A stretch of 63,104 nucleotides of DNA, filler included, from Limisphaerales bacterium (GCA_044225505.1; 4 parts of 4 records of this genome joined end to end with filler, not necessarily neighbours in it), one strand, 5' to 3'; counted from the first letter of the whole stretch, positions 9,368 through 17,799 are shown. Numbers and translations are program-made. The notes: generated by a model not told the origin, from the letters alone.

Positions 9368-10945
9368 ATGAAAAACAATCGGATCATCATCTTTGACACC
9401 ACCCTCCGAGATGGTGAGCAGTGCCCGGGAGCGTCGATGAACTTGCGTGAGAAACTTGAGGTCGCGCGCCAGCTCGCCCGGCTCAAAGTGGACGTGATCG
9501 AGGCGGGATTCCCGATCAGCAGCGAAGGGGACTTTGCGGCGGTCGAGACGATTGCCCGGGAAATCAAAGGCCCTGTGATTGCTGGGTTGGCGCGATGCGT
9601 GCCGAAGGATATTGAGGCCGCGGGCGCCGCGGTAAAGCCGGCCGGGAAACGCGGGCGCATTCATGTGTTCCTCGCCACGTCGAAGATCCATCGGGAGTTT
9701 AAGCTTGGAAAAGCGCAGCACGAAATCGTTCGCTTAGCGGCCGAAGGGGTGAGACAGGCGCGATCTTTGGTTGAGGACGTGGAGTTCTCGCCGGAGGATG
9801 GGTCACGGACGGAACCGGATTTCTTGGTGGAAGTCTGCCGGGCGGCCATTGCCGCCGGGGCGCGCACGTTGAATATTCCAGATACCGTAGGCTGGGCCAT
9901 TCCCGAACAGTATGCGGCGTTGATTGGTCGTTTGGTCGAAGAGCTCCCTGAGGTCCGGGCAGGCAAGGCAGTGATTAGCGTGCATTGTCACGATGACCTT
10001 GGGTTGGCCGTGGCCAACTCGCTCGCGGCAATCCGGGCAGGAGCCCGCCAGGTGGAGTGCACCGTGAACGGGATTGGGGAACGGGCTGGGAATGCCTCGC
10101 TCGAAGAGATCGTGATGGCGCTCAAAGTGCGCCAAGATCATTTCCAAGGCTTGGACTGCGGGGTGAATACCAAGGAAATCGTCAAAGCCTCACGCCTCGT
10201 CTCGCGCATGAGCGGCTTGGTCGTGCAGCGCAGCAAAGCGATTGTGGGCGAAAACGCCTTTGCCCACTCCAGCGGCATCCACCAGGACGGCATTTTGAAG
10301 AAGCGCGAGACTTACGAGATCATGGATCCGGAGCTCGTGGGCTGGGGCAGGACGGAATTGCCGTTGACGAAACATAGCGGGCGGGCGGCGGTGGCGGCGC
10401 GTTTGAAACATCTCGGGTTCCAAATGACCGAGGGGGACGTTAGCGCGATCTTTGCCCGTTTCAAAGAGATTGGAGACAAGAAAAAGTTCGTCTACGACGA
10501 CGATCTCACCGCTTTGGTGGAAGGGCATATTACCGAAGTGCCCGAGACCTGGACTCTCGAATACATCAGCGTGACCAGCGGAAACAAGTTGGTCCCGACC
10601 GCGACCGTGCGATTGAAACGGCAAGGCAGTGCTGACGAAGAAGCGCACGAAGGCTCGCAGGACGCCAGTATCGGAGATGGGCCTGTCGACGCTGCGCTCA
10701 AAGCGATCGATCGTTTGACCAAGACGCGCGGCCGATTATTGGACTACTCGCTCCGGGCTGTTTCCCAAGGCAAGGATGCGCTCGGAGAGGTCACGGTGAA
10801 GGTCGATTTCGGCGATAAACAGTTGGTGACGGGGAAAGGGGCAAGCACGGACGTGATCGAGGCGAGCGCGCGGGCTTACTTGAACGCTGTCAATCGATTC
10901 ATGTGCAGCGGCGCGGAAAAGTCCGGCAAGAGCGGACAGCCCTAG
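9368..10945 (+). CDS. leuA: 2-isopropylmalate synthase
   Basis: DTTLRDGEQ, HCHDDLG, GIGERAGN, HSSGIHQDG and C-terminal regulatory domain (GDGPVDA). Confidence 0.95.
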   Translation: MKNNRIIIFDTTLRDGEQCPGASMNLREKLEVARQLARLKVDVIEAGFPISSEGDFAAVETIAREIKGPVIAGLARCVPKDIEAAGAAVKPAGKRGRIHVFLATSKIHREFKLGKAQHEIVRLAAEGVRQARSLVEDVEFSPEDGSRTEPDFLVEVCRAAIAAGARTLNIPDTVGWAIPEQYAALIGRLVEELPEVRAGKAVISVHCHDDLGLAVANSLAAIRAGARQVECTVNGIGERAGNASLEEIVMALKVRQDHFQGLDCGVNTKEIVKASRLVSRMSGLVVQRSKAIVGENAFAHSSGIHQDGILKKRETYEIMDPELVGWGRTELPLTKHSGRAAVAARLKHLGFQMTEGDVSAIFARFKEIGDKKKFVYDDDLTALVEGHITEVPETWTLEYISVTSGNKLVPTATVRLKRQGSADEEAHEGSQDASIGDGPVDAALKAIDRLTKTRGRLLDYSLRAVSQGKDALGEVTVKVDFGDKQLVTGKGASTDVIEASARAYLNAVNRFMCSGAEKSGKSGQP

Positions 10946-10978
10946 GGAGCTTGTCGGGGAGCGTTCCTCTGCTAGTCT

Positions 10979-12184
10979 GTGCGAGTGAGTTTTGTCACTG
11001 AGTTTAATCGGTTGCCTTTGCGCGACCTGGTGGAGCGTTCAAAAAACGCCACTGTGGCCGCCGCCAGTGCAGCGTTGACCAAGCCGAAGCTGACGCTCTC
11101 GGACCTGGCCGATCTGCTCTCTCCGGCAGCGGGAGGTCTGCTCGAAGCCATGGGACGGCGTTCGCAGGCGCTCACCCAACAACGCTTTGGGCGAGTGGTG
11201 CGCTTTTTCGCCCCGCTTTACTTGTCGAACGAGTGCATCAATAACTGCCGGTATTGCGGGTTCTCACGTGATAACCCGATCCTGCGGGTGACATTGTCCC
11301 TGCCTGAAGTGCTGAGAGAAGCCGCCGCGCTCAAGGCGCAAGGGTTTCGCAACATTCTTCTGGTGGCTGGCGAGCACCCGAAGTTTGTGTCGCAGTCTTA
11401 CCTGGCCGAGTGTGTCGGGGCGTTGCACGCCGAGTTTCCCAGCATCTCGCTGGAAGTGGGCCCCATGGAAACAGAGGAGTATCGCGGGATCTGCGCCGCT
11501 GGGGCGGAAGGGTTGGTTGTCTACCAAGAAACCTACGATCGCGAGGTTTACCTGGAAATGCACACGGCCGGTCCAAAGCGAAGTTTCGACTGGCGCCTGG
11601 AAACGCCCGAACGCGCCTATGCCGCTGGCTTTCGCCGTTTGGGGATTGGAGCGCTCTACGGGCTGAGCGATTGGCGTTGGGAAGCGCTCAGCGTGTCGGC
11701 TCATGCGGACTACCTGCTCCGAACTTGTTGGCGTTCTCAGGTGACGATCTCTTTGCCACGGCTCCGACCAGCTGCCGGAGAATTTGAACCGCTGACCCAT
11801 ATGACCGATCGGGACCTCGTCCAGCTCGTCTGTGCGATGCGGATGATGTTTCCCGATGTCGGGCTGGTTCTCTCCACTCGGGAGGCGCCGCGGCTGCGCG
11901 ACGGCCTTATTCCACTCGGAATCACTTTGATCAGCGCGGGTAGCCATACCGAGCCGGGAGGCTATACCGGGGCGGGAAAAGAGAATACTCACCTGACTGA
12001 AAAAGGACGGATCGTCGCGAGGGCAGGGGCGTCCGAGTGGGAAACGCCCGAGAATGGCACGACCAACGCCACTGGGCAGTTCCAGATCTCCGATGCGCGT
12101 TCCGCGAGTGAAGTGGCGGACGTTGTTCGGCGCTTAGGCTACGAACCCGTGTGGAAAGATTGGGACGCGGCGCTGACCGCTTAG
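10979..12184 (+). CDS. thiH: 2-iminoacetate synthase (tyrosine lyase, radical SAM)
   Basis: FAPLYLSNECINNCRYCGF, YQETY, LSTRE, C-terminal VWKDWD; adjacent to thiS. Confidence 0.92.
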   Translation: MRVSFVTEFNRLPLRDLVERSKNATVAAASAALTKPKLTLSDLADLLSPAAGGLLEAMGRRSQALTQQRFGRVVRFFAPLYLSNECINNCRYCGFSRDNPILRVTLSLPEVLREAAALKAQGFRNILLVAGEHPKFVSQSYLAECVGALHAEFPSISLEVGPMETEEYRGICAAGAEGLVVYQETYDREVYLEMHTAGPKRSFDWRLETPERAYAAGFRRLGIGALYGLSDWRWEALSVSAHADYLLRTCWRSQVTISLPRLRPAAGEFEPLTHMTDRDLVQLVCAMRMMFPDVGLVLSTREAPRLRDGLIPLGITLISAGSHTEPGGYTGAGKENTHLTEKGRIVARAGASEWETPENGTTNATGQFQISDARSASEVADVVRRLGYEPVWKDWDAALTA

Positions 12185-12195
12185 AGGGCTTATTC

Positions 12196-12361
12196 ATGAG
12201 TCCCGATGTCGTGACTGCCAATGGACAGCCCATCCCGCTGTCGCTGCCCTGCACGATCGAGGAGTTCCTCGTGAGCCAGAACCTGCTCCCTCGGAGTGTC
12301 GTCGTAGAGCACAATGGCGAGGCCGTGGCGCCAGATCGTGCGGATTGTGGCGGGCGGTTGA
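12196..12361 (+). pseudogene. thiS: ThiS sulfur carrier with internal deletion and frameshift
   Basis: N-terminal NG...VVVEHNGEAVAP in one frame; canonical C-terminus IVRIVAGG-stop (12335-12361) in the +1 frame. Confidence 0.8.
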
Positions 12362-12405
12362 TTCGTGCTTGAGAGGCGGCAGCGGAGATCGATAATGGCG
12401 TCCGT

Positions 12406-13740
12406 ATGAAGAAGCTGATGCGTCGGGCGCTCTGGTTTTCTGTCGGCCTCTGTTGGACCTGCTTGGTTTGGTTCCCTGCCTTTGGGCAAACCAATACCAA
12501 CACGGTCACTGTCACCGCGGAGGTGCAGTCGACCAACGGCGTCCGGTCGGTGAGCGCGGTGGTGCGTAACCTGGAGCAACAAGTCTACTTCACATTTGGA
12601 TTGAAGCGCATTCCGGTGTTGCAGCGAACTTTGTTTGGCGTCCCTCTCTACCAATATGCCGCTTCATTAATCTACGTTTTCCTGGCCTTTTACTTCTCGA
12701 AGTTCCTCGATTATCTCGTTGGCACGCAGCTGAAACGTTGGGCGTCCCGGACCAAAACCCGCCTGGATGATCTCGTCATCGGCCTGATCCATGGTCCGAT
12801 CAAAATCATCACGTTCGTCATCCTGTTGCACATCGGGCTGCAAGTGTTTCCCTGGCCAGCTTGGATTGCGCATTGGATTTCGAAGGGCCTGCTCGTGATC
12901 GTCGCTTGCTCGGTGACTTATATGCTCCTGAAGTGCGCCGATATTGTTGTGGAATACTGGGGCAGCCGGGCGCGAGCGCGAGAGGATCGAATTTTCAATG
13001 AGCAACTTTTCCCGGTGATCCGAAAGAGTCTGAAAGCATTTGTGATCGTGGTGGCAGCACTCGTCACCACCCAGAACCTGGGATTGGATATTACCGCCAT
13101 GCTCGCTTCGCTATCGATCGGCGGGTTGGCTTTGGGCTTGGCCGCACAGGATACCGTGGCGAATCTCTTTGGCGCGGTCGCCGTTTTTGTCGATAAACCA
13201 TTCCGCGTGGGGGACCGGATCAAGTTGGACAGCATCGACGGCACCGTCGAGTCGATCGGCTTGCGCAGCACTCGAGTGCGCAGTTTGGATGGGTATCTGG
13301 TCACCGTTCCCAACAAAACGATGGGCAATGCGACCATTACCAACGTCACACGCCGGCCCACCATCAAGACCGAGCTCAATATCGGCATCACCTATGACAT
13401 GCCAGCGGAGAAGGTCCAGCGCGCGCTCGATATTCTGACGGATACGTTTCGTAAACATCCGATGACGGCGGACTTGGTCGTTGGGTTTAATCGTTTTGCC
13501 GATTCGGCGCTGAACATTAACGTCGTCCATTGGTGGCGGGGGACGAACGATCACAAGGCTTATGTTCAAGGGATGCAGGAGATGAATCTCGCCATCAAGA
13601 AGCAGTTCGACGCTGAAGGTATTGAGTTCGCCTTCCCGACCCAGACACTCTACGTCAAACGTGATGGAGATCCGCTCTCCGCACTTGCGCCCGGGGTGGA
13701 AAACCCGCCGACTGGGCGGCCTCCTGCGGCGCGCGGTTAG
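12406..13740 (+). CDS. Small-conductance mechanosensitive channel (MscS family)
   Basis: GGLALGLAAQDTVANLFG, DKPFRVGDRI, GTVESIGLRST, IEFAFPTQT. Confidence 0.92.
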   Translation: MKKLMRRALWFSVGLCWTCLVWFPAFGQTNTNTVTVTAEVQSTNGVRSVSAVVRNLEQQVYFTFGLKRIPVLQRTLFGVPLYQYAASLIYVFLAFYFSKFLDYLVGTQLKRWASRTKTRLDDLVIGLIHGPIKIITFVILLHIGLQVFPWPAWIAHWISKGLLVIVACSVTYMLLKCADIVVEYWGSRARAREDRIFNEQLFPVIRKSLKAFVIVVAALVTTQNLGLDITAMLASLSIGGLALGLAAQDTVANLFGAVAVFVDKPFRVGDRIKLDSIDGTVESIGLRSTRVRSLDGYLVTVPNKTMGNATITNVTRRPTIKTELNIGITYDMPAEKVQRALDILTDTFRKHPMTADLVVGFNRFADSALNINVVHWWRGTNDHKAYVQGMQEMNLAIKKQFDAEGIEFAFPTQTLYVKRDGDPLSALAPGVENPPTGRPPAARG

Positions 13741-13822
13741 CCAGGGCGATGTTTGTGGCAATCCCAGTCGCATGGCGTCGGACGGAGTCGGTTTTGGGCC
13801 TGCCCGTGGTGTGATTGGCCTG

Positions 13823-13920
13823 AAAAGCTGTGGAGGGCCACAGCACTCCAAAACCTTGCGGAGCACAGTAGCTGAGTGATTGCGCGGCAGCGTCGCGCAG
13901 TGCGCCAGCCTCTCTGGCGC
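13823..13920. repeat. Pair of REP-like short palindromes
   Basis: GCTGTGG-aggg-CCACAGC followed by ACTCC, and AGTGCGCCAG...CTGGCGC, in opposite orientation. Confidence 0.5.
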
Positions 13921-14442
13921 GGCGTCCCACGTCGAATTGTCGCACACGCCGTCCACAATTGTGGACGCAATCCCAAGTCACACCGCCACAACGAGATCGG
14001 AAACCCCACAAATCGGTAACTGGATCATTGCGGATCGTAGTCTTGCTCGTAATCTAATCGTAATCCTCCCGCACCTTGGTCTGCTGAGCATTTCCCCACC
14101 CCGCCGCAGTGCGAACCATTGATCCATCACATCCAGCCACAGCCTGCGATCACCGCTGGCTGGCCTCAGTTTGGGTTCCCGCTGAACGGCAAGGAACATG
14201 TGGGGATGGCGCCACACGAATCCAGGAGCCGTTCATATGCAGGGATCCAATAAGGAGAGAGATGAGCTTTCTCGAAAAAGACGGCTTAGCGCTTCGATTC
14301 CGATATCCCACCAGGATTTGCGTGATTTGTTTGATCCACCGGACCGGCCGGAGACGCGCCGCCATGCGACCACGCGCTGCAAGAGCATAGCGTTTGAGCC
14401 AATGAATATAAGCCGTTTTAGTATGGATGGAGAGGTGAGGGC

Positions 14443-14801
14443 GGTTCTTTGCTCTTTTCCGTGAAGTTGGATCCCTGATAAGGCAACGGTTAAGTCTCTC
14501 GCCTGCGTGTCCTAGCCAAAGACGGACATGCCGGAGGCATGAATGAAAATAGCTCGGGCGCTTTAGCGCCGAGACCCAGCGACCCATGACGATTAGCCCC
14601 GGACGGGGCGATCGATCCTCCGAAATCACGTTGCTTCTAGGATTGGCAGAGGTTCAGCCGTCCCGTCGGGACTTTGACTCTGCGCGCGGATTCCCGGCAC
14701 TGGAAGTGCCGGGCTAATGTCATTCCGTCCCTGCCGGGACGCCAAACGCCTGTTTCAGAACGAGGGAACAGCTTCTATCCCACTGAAAACAGTCAGGAAC
14801 C
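14443..14801. mobile_element. Non-autonomous MITE, 359 bp
   Basis: 21-bp imperfect TIRs (GGTTCTTTGCTCTTTTCCGTG vs GGTTCCTGACTGTTTTCAGTG, 16/21); degenerate 8-bp TSD GTGAGGGC/GTGGCGAC; excision restores the host frame. Confidence 0.72.
14527..14741. repeat. Inverted doublet of ~88-bp three-hairpin REP-like units
   Basis: Forward unit 14527-14615, inverted unit 14654-14741; third copy at 47233-47321. Confidence 0.7.
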
Positions 14802-14967
14802 GTGGCGACGAGCACAAAGGCTTCGGACGGAATCAATTGCGGTGGTGAGTGGCATAGCCGATTGTCCCGCGCCTGCGAACAAAGCCGAATGACGTAGGGC
14901 AACGGTCGGTAAGGGCAGGGACCTGCCTTGACGCGAGAACTGATGCAATTGGCTAATTGGAAATGGC

Positions 14968-15009
14968 TTGCCGATTAAGTCGGAGTGATCAATATACTAA
15001 CCGTTCGGT
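14968..15009 (+). promoter_or_regulatory. Candidate attI site (core GTTCGGT at 15003-15009)
   Basis: Exact reverse complement of the attC inverse core ACCGAAC (15500-15506); 148 bp from the divergent integrase start; no attC hairpin upstream. Confidence 0.62.
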
Positions 15010-15047
15010 TCGTATCGTTCGTATATTGATGGCTCGGTCGTCGTGCG

Positions 15048-15494
15048 ATGCAACAGCGTCTTGTCACTCGGACAATGATTATTGGAGCCCTGTTGCTCGG
15101 CGCTCTCATAATGGTCGGCTTTTGTCCGGGCAGCCGCAGGGGGATCAACGTCGAGGTTGAGTACAGAGGCGAGACTCATTTGCCAGATGGAACTATTTGG
15201 GCAGATTTTCGGCTCAAAAATCGGGAGGGGCGGAAATTGTTTTTTCAGATTGGGCGGCCGGAGGCTACAGCGATGACGAGCATGGAAGCCAAACCGCCTA
15301 TGTTTGGACGGTCAGAGTGTATCGTGGATTCGGACAGCTCCATTTTTTTCAGAGTGAGGTCTCCTTCGCAACCGGGGTCCTGGAGGCTGCCCGTGAAAGT
15401 GCGGAGAGAGATTCCGGCTCTAGAGAAGGTTCTCGGGCCTAGAGTGCAGGGTTTTCGCGCCGAGCTGGTGTATAGCAGTGAGGTCATCAAATAA
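15048..15494 (+). CDS. Integron cassette 1: hypothetical membrane-anchored protein
   Basis: 148-aa ORF filling the core-site-to-attC interval; N-terminal hydrophobic anchor; stop 5 nt before attC. Confidence 0.75.
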   Translation: MQQRLVTRTMIIGALLLGALIMVGFCPGSRRGINVEVEYRGETHLPDGTIWADFRLKNREGRKLFFQIGRPEATAMTSMEAKPPMFGRSECIVDSDSSIFFRVRSPSQPGSWRLPVKVRREIPALEKVLGPRVQGFRAELVYSSEVIK

Positions 15495-15499
15495 CAGCG

Positions 15500-15588
15500 A
15501 CCGAACGAGCCGCTGCAGTGGACGGCGGGATGGCGTTGGATTGCAACTGGATGCTCTTGGCCCGCCACCACTGAGCTTTGCGTTACAC
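15500..15588 (+). mobile_element. attC recombination site, 89 bp
   Basis: R'' ACCGAAC; L'' GCT[G]CAGTGG pairs with L' CCACTGAGC leaving one extrahelical base; inner stem GGCGGG/CCCGCC; R' GTTACAC. Confidence 0.85.
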
Positions 15589-15593
15589 CTGAA

Positions 15594-15758
15594 ATGAGAT
15601 CCGGCGATTTCAGCGTAGCACGAGATGACGATTACTATCGGAAAGCATTCGCTGAAATCCAGCGCCGGCAATTCGAACAAGTGACATTCTCCACCCGTCC
15701 CGGGCTCCTATCCAAGGAACCCGTCAATGGGCACCGAATGTGGCAGGATTATCACGGT
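15594..15758 (+). CDS. Integron cassette 2 ORF, truncated by contig end
   Basis: ATG 5 nt after the attC R' site; frame open to the gap. Confidence 0.6.
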
Positions 15759-15858
15759 NNNNNNNNNNNNNNNNNNNNNNNNNNNNNNNNNNNNNNNNNN
15801 NNTTAATTAATTAANNNNNNNNNNNNNNNNNNNNNNNNNNNNNNNNNNNNNNNNNNNN
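15759..15858. other. Artificial contig linker
   Basis: N-run with TTAATTAATTAA (stops in all six frames). Confidence 0.98.
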
Positions 15859-16069
15859 ACTAATCTGCGCAAATTTGGTTCAGGATTTACTCTTAAGCGA
15901 AAGTCAGCGGATCTCGAATTGGGTTGAAAAAGGTGGCCAACTCGTTCTGGCAGGGCTGCTTTGGCATCAATTTCAAGCCGTTGCTGACGTTTATTGCCAA
16001 CGAGGGTTTCGTTTGGAAAGAGCTCAACGGCAGGGAGAATGGAAGTCAGGGGCGTTCACCAAGGTCTGA
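15859..16069 (+). CDS. prmA: C-terminal fragment of ribosomal protein L11 methyltransferase
   Basis: LICANL..DLL...GGQLVLAGLL...GEW pattern. Confidence 0.7.
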
Positions 16070-16293
16070 GCGAAGGAGTCTGGCCAGATTTAGCCCATGT
16101 GACTTTTAGAAGCCACGGAGGTGGTCAGATTTTGTTCGTGCTTTTTTGAACAAGAGCTGTATACTACGGGTCAGATACGAACGATGGCCCCTGTGCGGAC
16201 AAAAACGCATCGATCCAACCTCAGAAATGTCGATGAAGTTCCGTTGGCACTCTTCCCGCTAGGTTCGGGGGTCAGAGAAAGGATGCTACGCTT

Positions 16294-16455
16294 ATGTCTA
16301 AATCGTTAGAGACGATCTCAGAAGCAATTCGAAATCCTAAGCACCCGTTTCCGCAGGTCGCAGATCGGCCGGATAAACCGCACAAGAACCGCTATGAAAG
16401 AAGAAAAGTGAAACAATACATCCACCTGGGCGATTGGGAAACCGATTCGAAATAG
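16294..16455 (+). CDS. 53-aa small basic protein (MSKSLETISEAIRNPKHPF...RYERRKVKQYIHLGDWETDSK)
   Basis: GAAAGGA SD upstream and its own terminator downstream; below the ORF-track cutoff. Confidence 0.7.
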   Translation: MSKSLETISEAIRNPKHPFPQVADRPDKPHKNRYERRKVKQYIHLGDWETDSK

Positions 16456-16476
16456 GCACGTTTTCAAGAGTAGATG

Positions 16477-16502
16477 AAGCCACGCGTAAGCGTGGCTTTT
16501 TT
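16477..16502 (+). terminator. Intrinsic terminator
   Basis: AAGCCACGC-gtaa-GCGTGGCTT plus T-tract. Confidence 0.85.
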
Positions 16503-16568
16503 GTGCCGTCACCGATCTTCAAAATCTACCAGATGGGCTTGCTTACTGGTCCGTCAGATCCCGGTAAA

Positions 16569-16835
16569 CTACTTCATCAGCAACATCTGCCTGGCTCGTT
16601 TGATGGAACGATTCAGTTGGCGCTGATAGTGAGCCGGTAGTCCAGTATATTTACGAGGTAGGATACGGCCTTGATCCGTCACAAACTGACGAAGCAAATT
16701 GACGTTCTTATACTCCAGAGCGTCGACGGTAAAGTCGATCTTCGGCTTAGGGCGTGGCGTCCGGACTTCCGAGGAACCGCGCCCGCGGCCCTGACGATCT
16801 TTGCCTGACTTTTCCAGATTAGTTTTACGTGGCAT
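16569..16835 (-). CDS. rpsR: 30S ribosomal protein S18, Cys-free form
   Basis: YKNVNLLRQFVTDQGRILPRKYTG...QRQLNRSIKRARQMLL; no Cys. Confidence 0.95.
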   Translation of the reverse strand: MPRKTNLEKSGKDRQGRGRGSSEVRTPRPKPKIDFTVDALEYKNVNLLRQFVTDQGRILPRKYTGLPAHYQRQLNRSIKRARQMLLMK

Positions 16836-16838
16836 AAA

Positions 16839-17006
16839 CTATTTAATCTCGCGATGGAGCGTGTGTCGACGAAGAAACTTGTTGTACTTCATCAACTCGA
16901 TTTTCTCCGTCTGGAGCTTTTTGTTGCGACTCGTGAGGTATCGGGAAGGGGACTTGCCCTCTTTCCGCGCCTCTGTGCATTCTAGGGTGACAATTTCGCG
17001 GGGCAT
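16839..17006 (-). CDS. rpmG: 50S ribosomal protein L33, zinc-ribbon-less form, 55 aa
   Basis: [12 protein letters not shown]...RYLTSRNKK...[21 protein letters not shown]; one Cys only; missing from the ORF track. Confidence 0.95.
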   Translation of the reverse strand: MPREIVTLECTEARKEGKSPSRYLTSRNKKLQTEKIELMKYNKFLRRHTLHREIK

Positions 17007-17009
17007 GAT

Positions 17010-17591
17010 CTACTCTTTCTCTTTGGCCGGTTTCTCTTCGGCCTCTTCTTCTTCTTCGACTTCGGTCGCGCCGGTGCTATCAACCGTGCCCAAAGCTCCT
17101 AAGCGCCGTTGACGCAATGCGCCTTCGCGTTCAAGCTGCGCTTGAGCTTCGACCGTGAAGCGGGTCCATGGGATGGCATCCAAGCGGGCCTTGGGAATGG
17201 GCTTTCCTGTTAACTCACAAATGCCGTAAGTGTTCTTCTCGATTCGCTTCAAGGCCTCTTCGATTTCGTATATTGCGTCTTGATCTGAAGAGAGCAAACT
17301 GAGTGCGAAATCACGATCGAAATTGTCCGTTCCGGAATCGGCCATGTGCAAGCTGTAGCCGGCCAGTTCCTCGGCTGATTCCTTGGCCAAACCACTCATC
17401 TGGCTGAGCAAGCGCTCCCGCAATTCCAGGAGGTGCTTCTGATATTTGACCCACTCTGGTTTTACCTCCGCTAGACCGTTCCCAGCAGCAGATGGTGCTT
17501 TTGTGGAAGAGCCGCCAAGAATCGATGCGGCAGTAGCCGAACCAACCGATTTAGGCTTGGCCGTCGCGGGCGAGGATACTTTTTTAACCAT
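17010..17591 (-). CDS. DksA/TraR family transcription factor, DksA2-like (one Cys)
   Basis: HMADSGTD coiled-coil tip; EALKRIEKNTYGICELTGKPIPKARLDAIPWTRFTVEAQ. Confidence 0.9.
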   Translation of the reverse strand: MVKKVSSPATAKPKSVGSATAASILGGSSTKAPSAAGNGLAEVKPEWVKYQKHLLELRERLLSQMSGLAKESAEELAGYSLHMADSGTDNFDRDFALSLLSSDQDAIYEIEEALKRIEKNTYGICELTGKPIPKARLDAIPWTRFTVEAQAQLEREGALRQRRLGALGTVDSTGATEVEEEEEAEEKPAKEKE

Positions 17592-17799
17592 GTGATCTTC
17601 GTCTTCCGTCTTTCTTAAATTCTGATTCTCATCGGCTTGCGTCTTCTGCTGACGCCGGTTGAGAGCGGGAGAATCTAGCAAACAGAGACAAAAGCGCCAC
17701 TAAAAAGTGAAATAAAATGCGGTGTCAGCCTTCGATCGCTCCTGGCTAGGACGGAGTGGGACCCTAGCCCCAACGTAACTTAGGCCAGTGGCAGCTCCT

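Larger units (their letters stand above)
14387..14855 (-). pseudogene. Integron-type tyrosine integrase N-terminal remnant, interrupted by a MITE
   Basis: Joining 14855-14802 to 14434-14387 restores MPLTTAIDSVRSLCARRHLSIHTKTAYIHWLKRY, matching the IntI SAM-like RxRHxSxxTxxxYxxWxxR(F/Y) pattern; no catalytic domain visible. Confidence 0.7.

Noticed and set aside
10946..10978. TPP riboswitch upstream of thiH
   Set aside because: Only about 33 nt separate leuA and thiH, with no CTGAGA motif
13921..14386. Catalytic domain of the integron integrase
   Set aside because: No YGxGLR or HxLRH motifs found in the minus-strand frames I read; treated as deleted
15803..15814. TTAATTAATTAA repeated three times in the window
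   Set aside because: Synthetic six-frame stop linker, not biological
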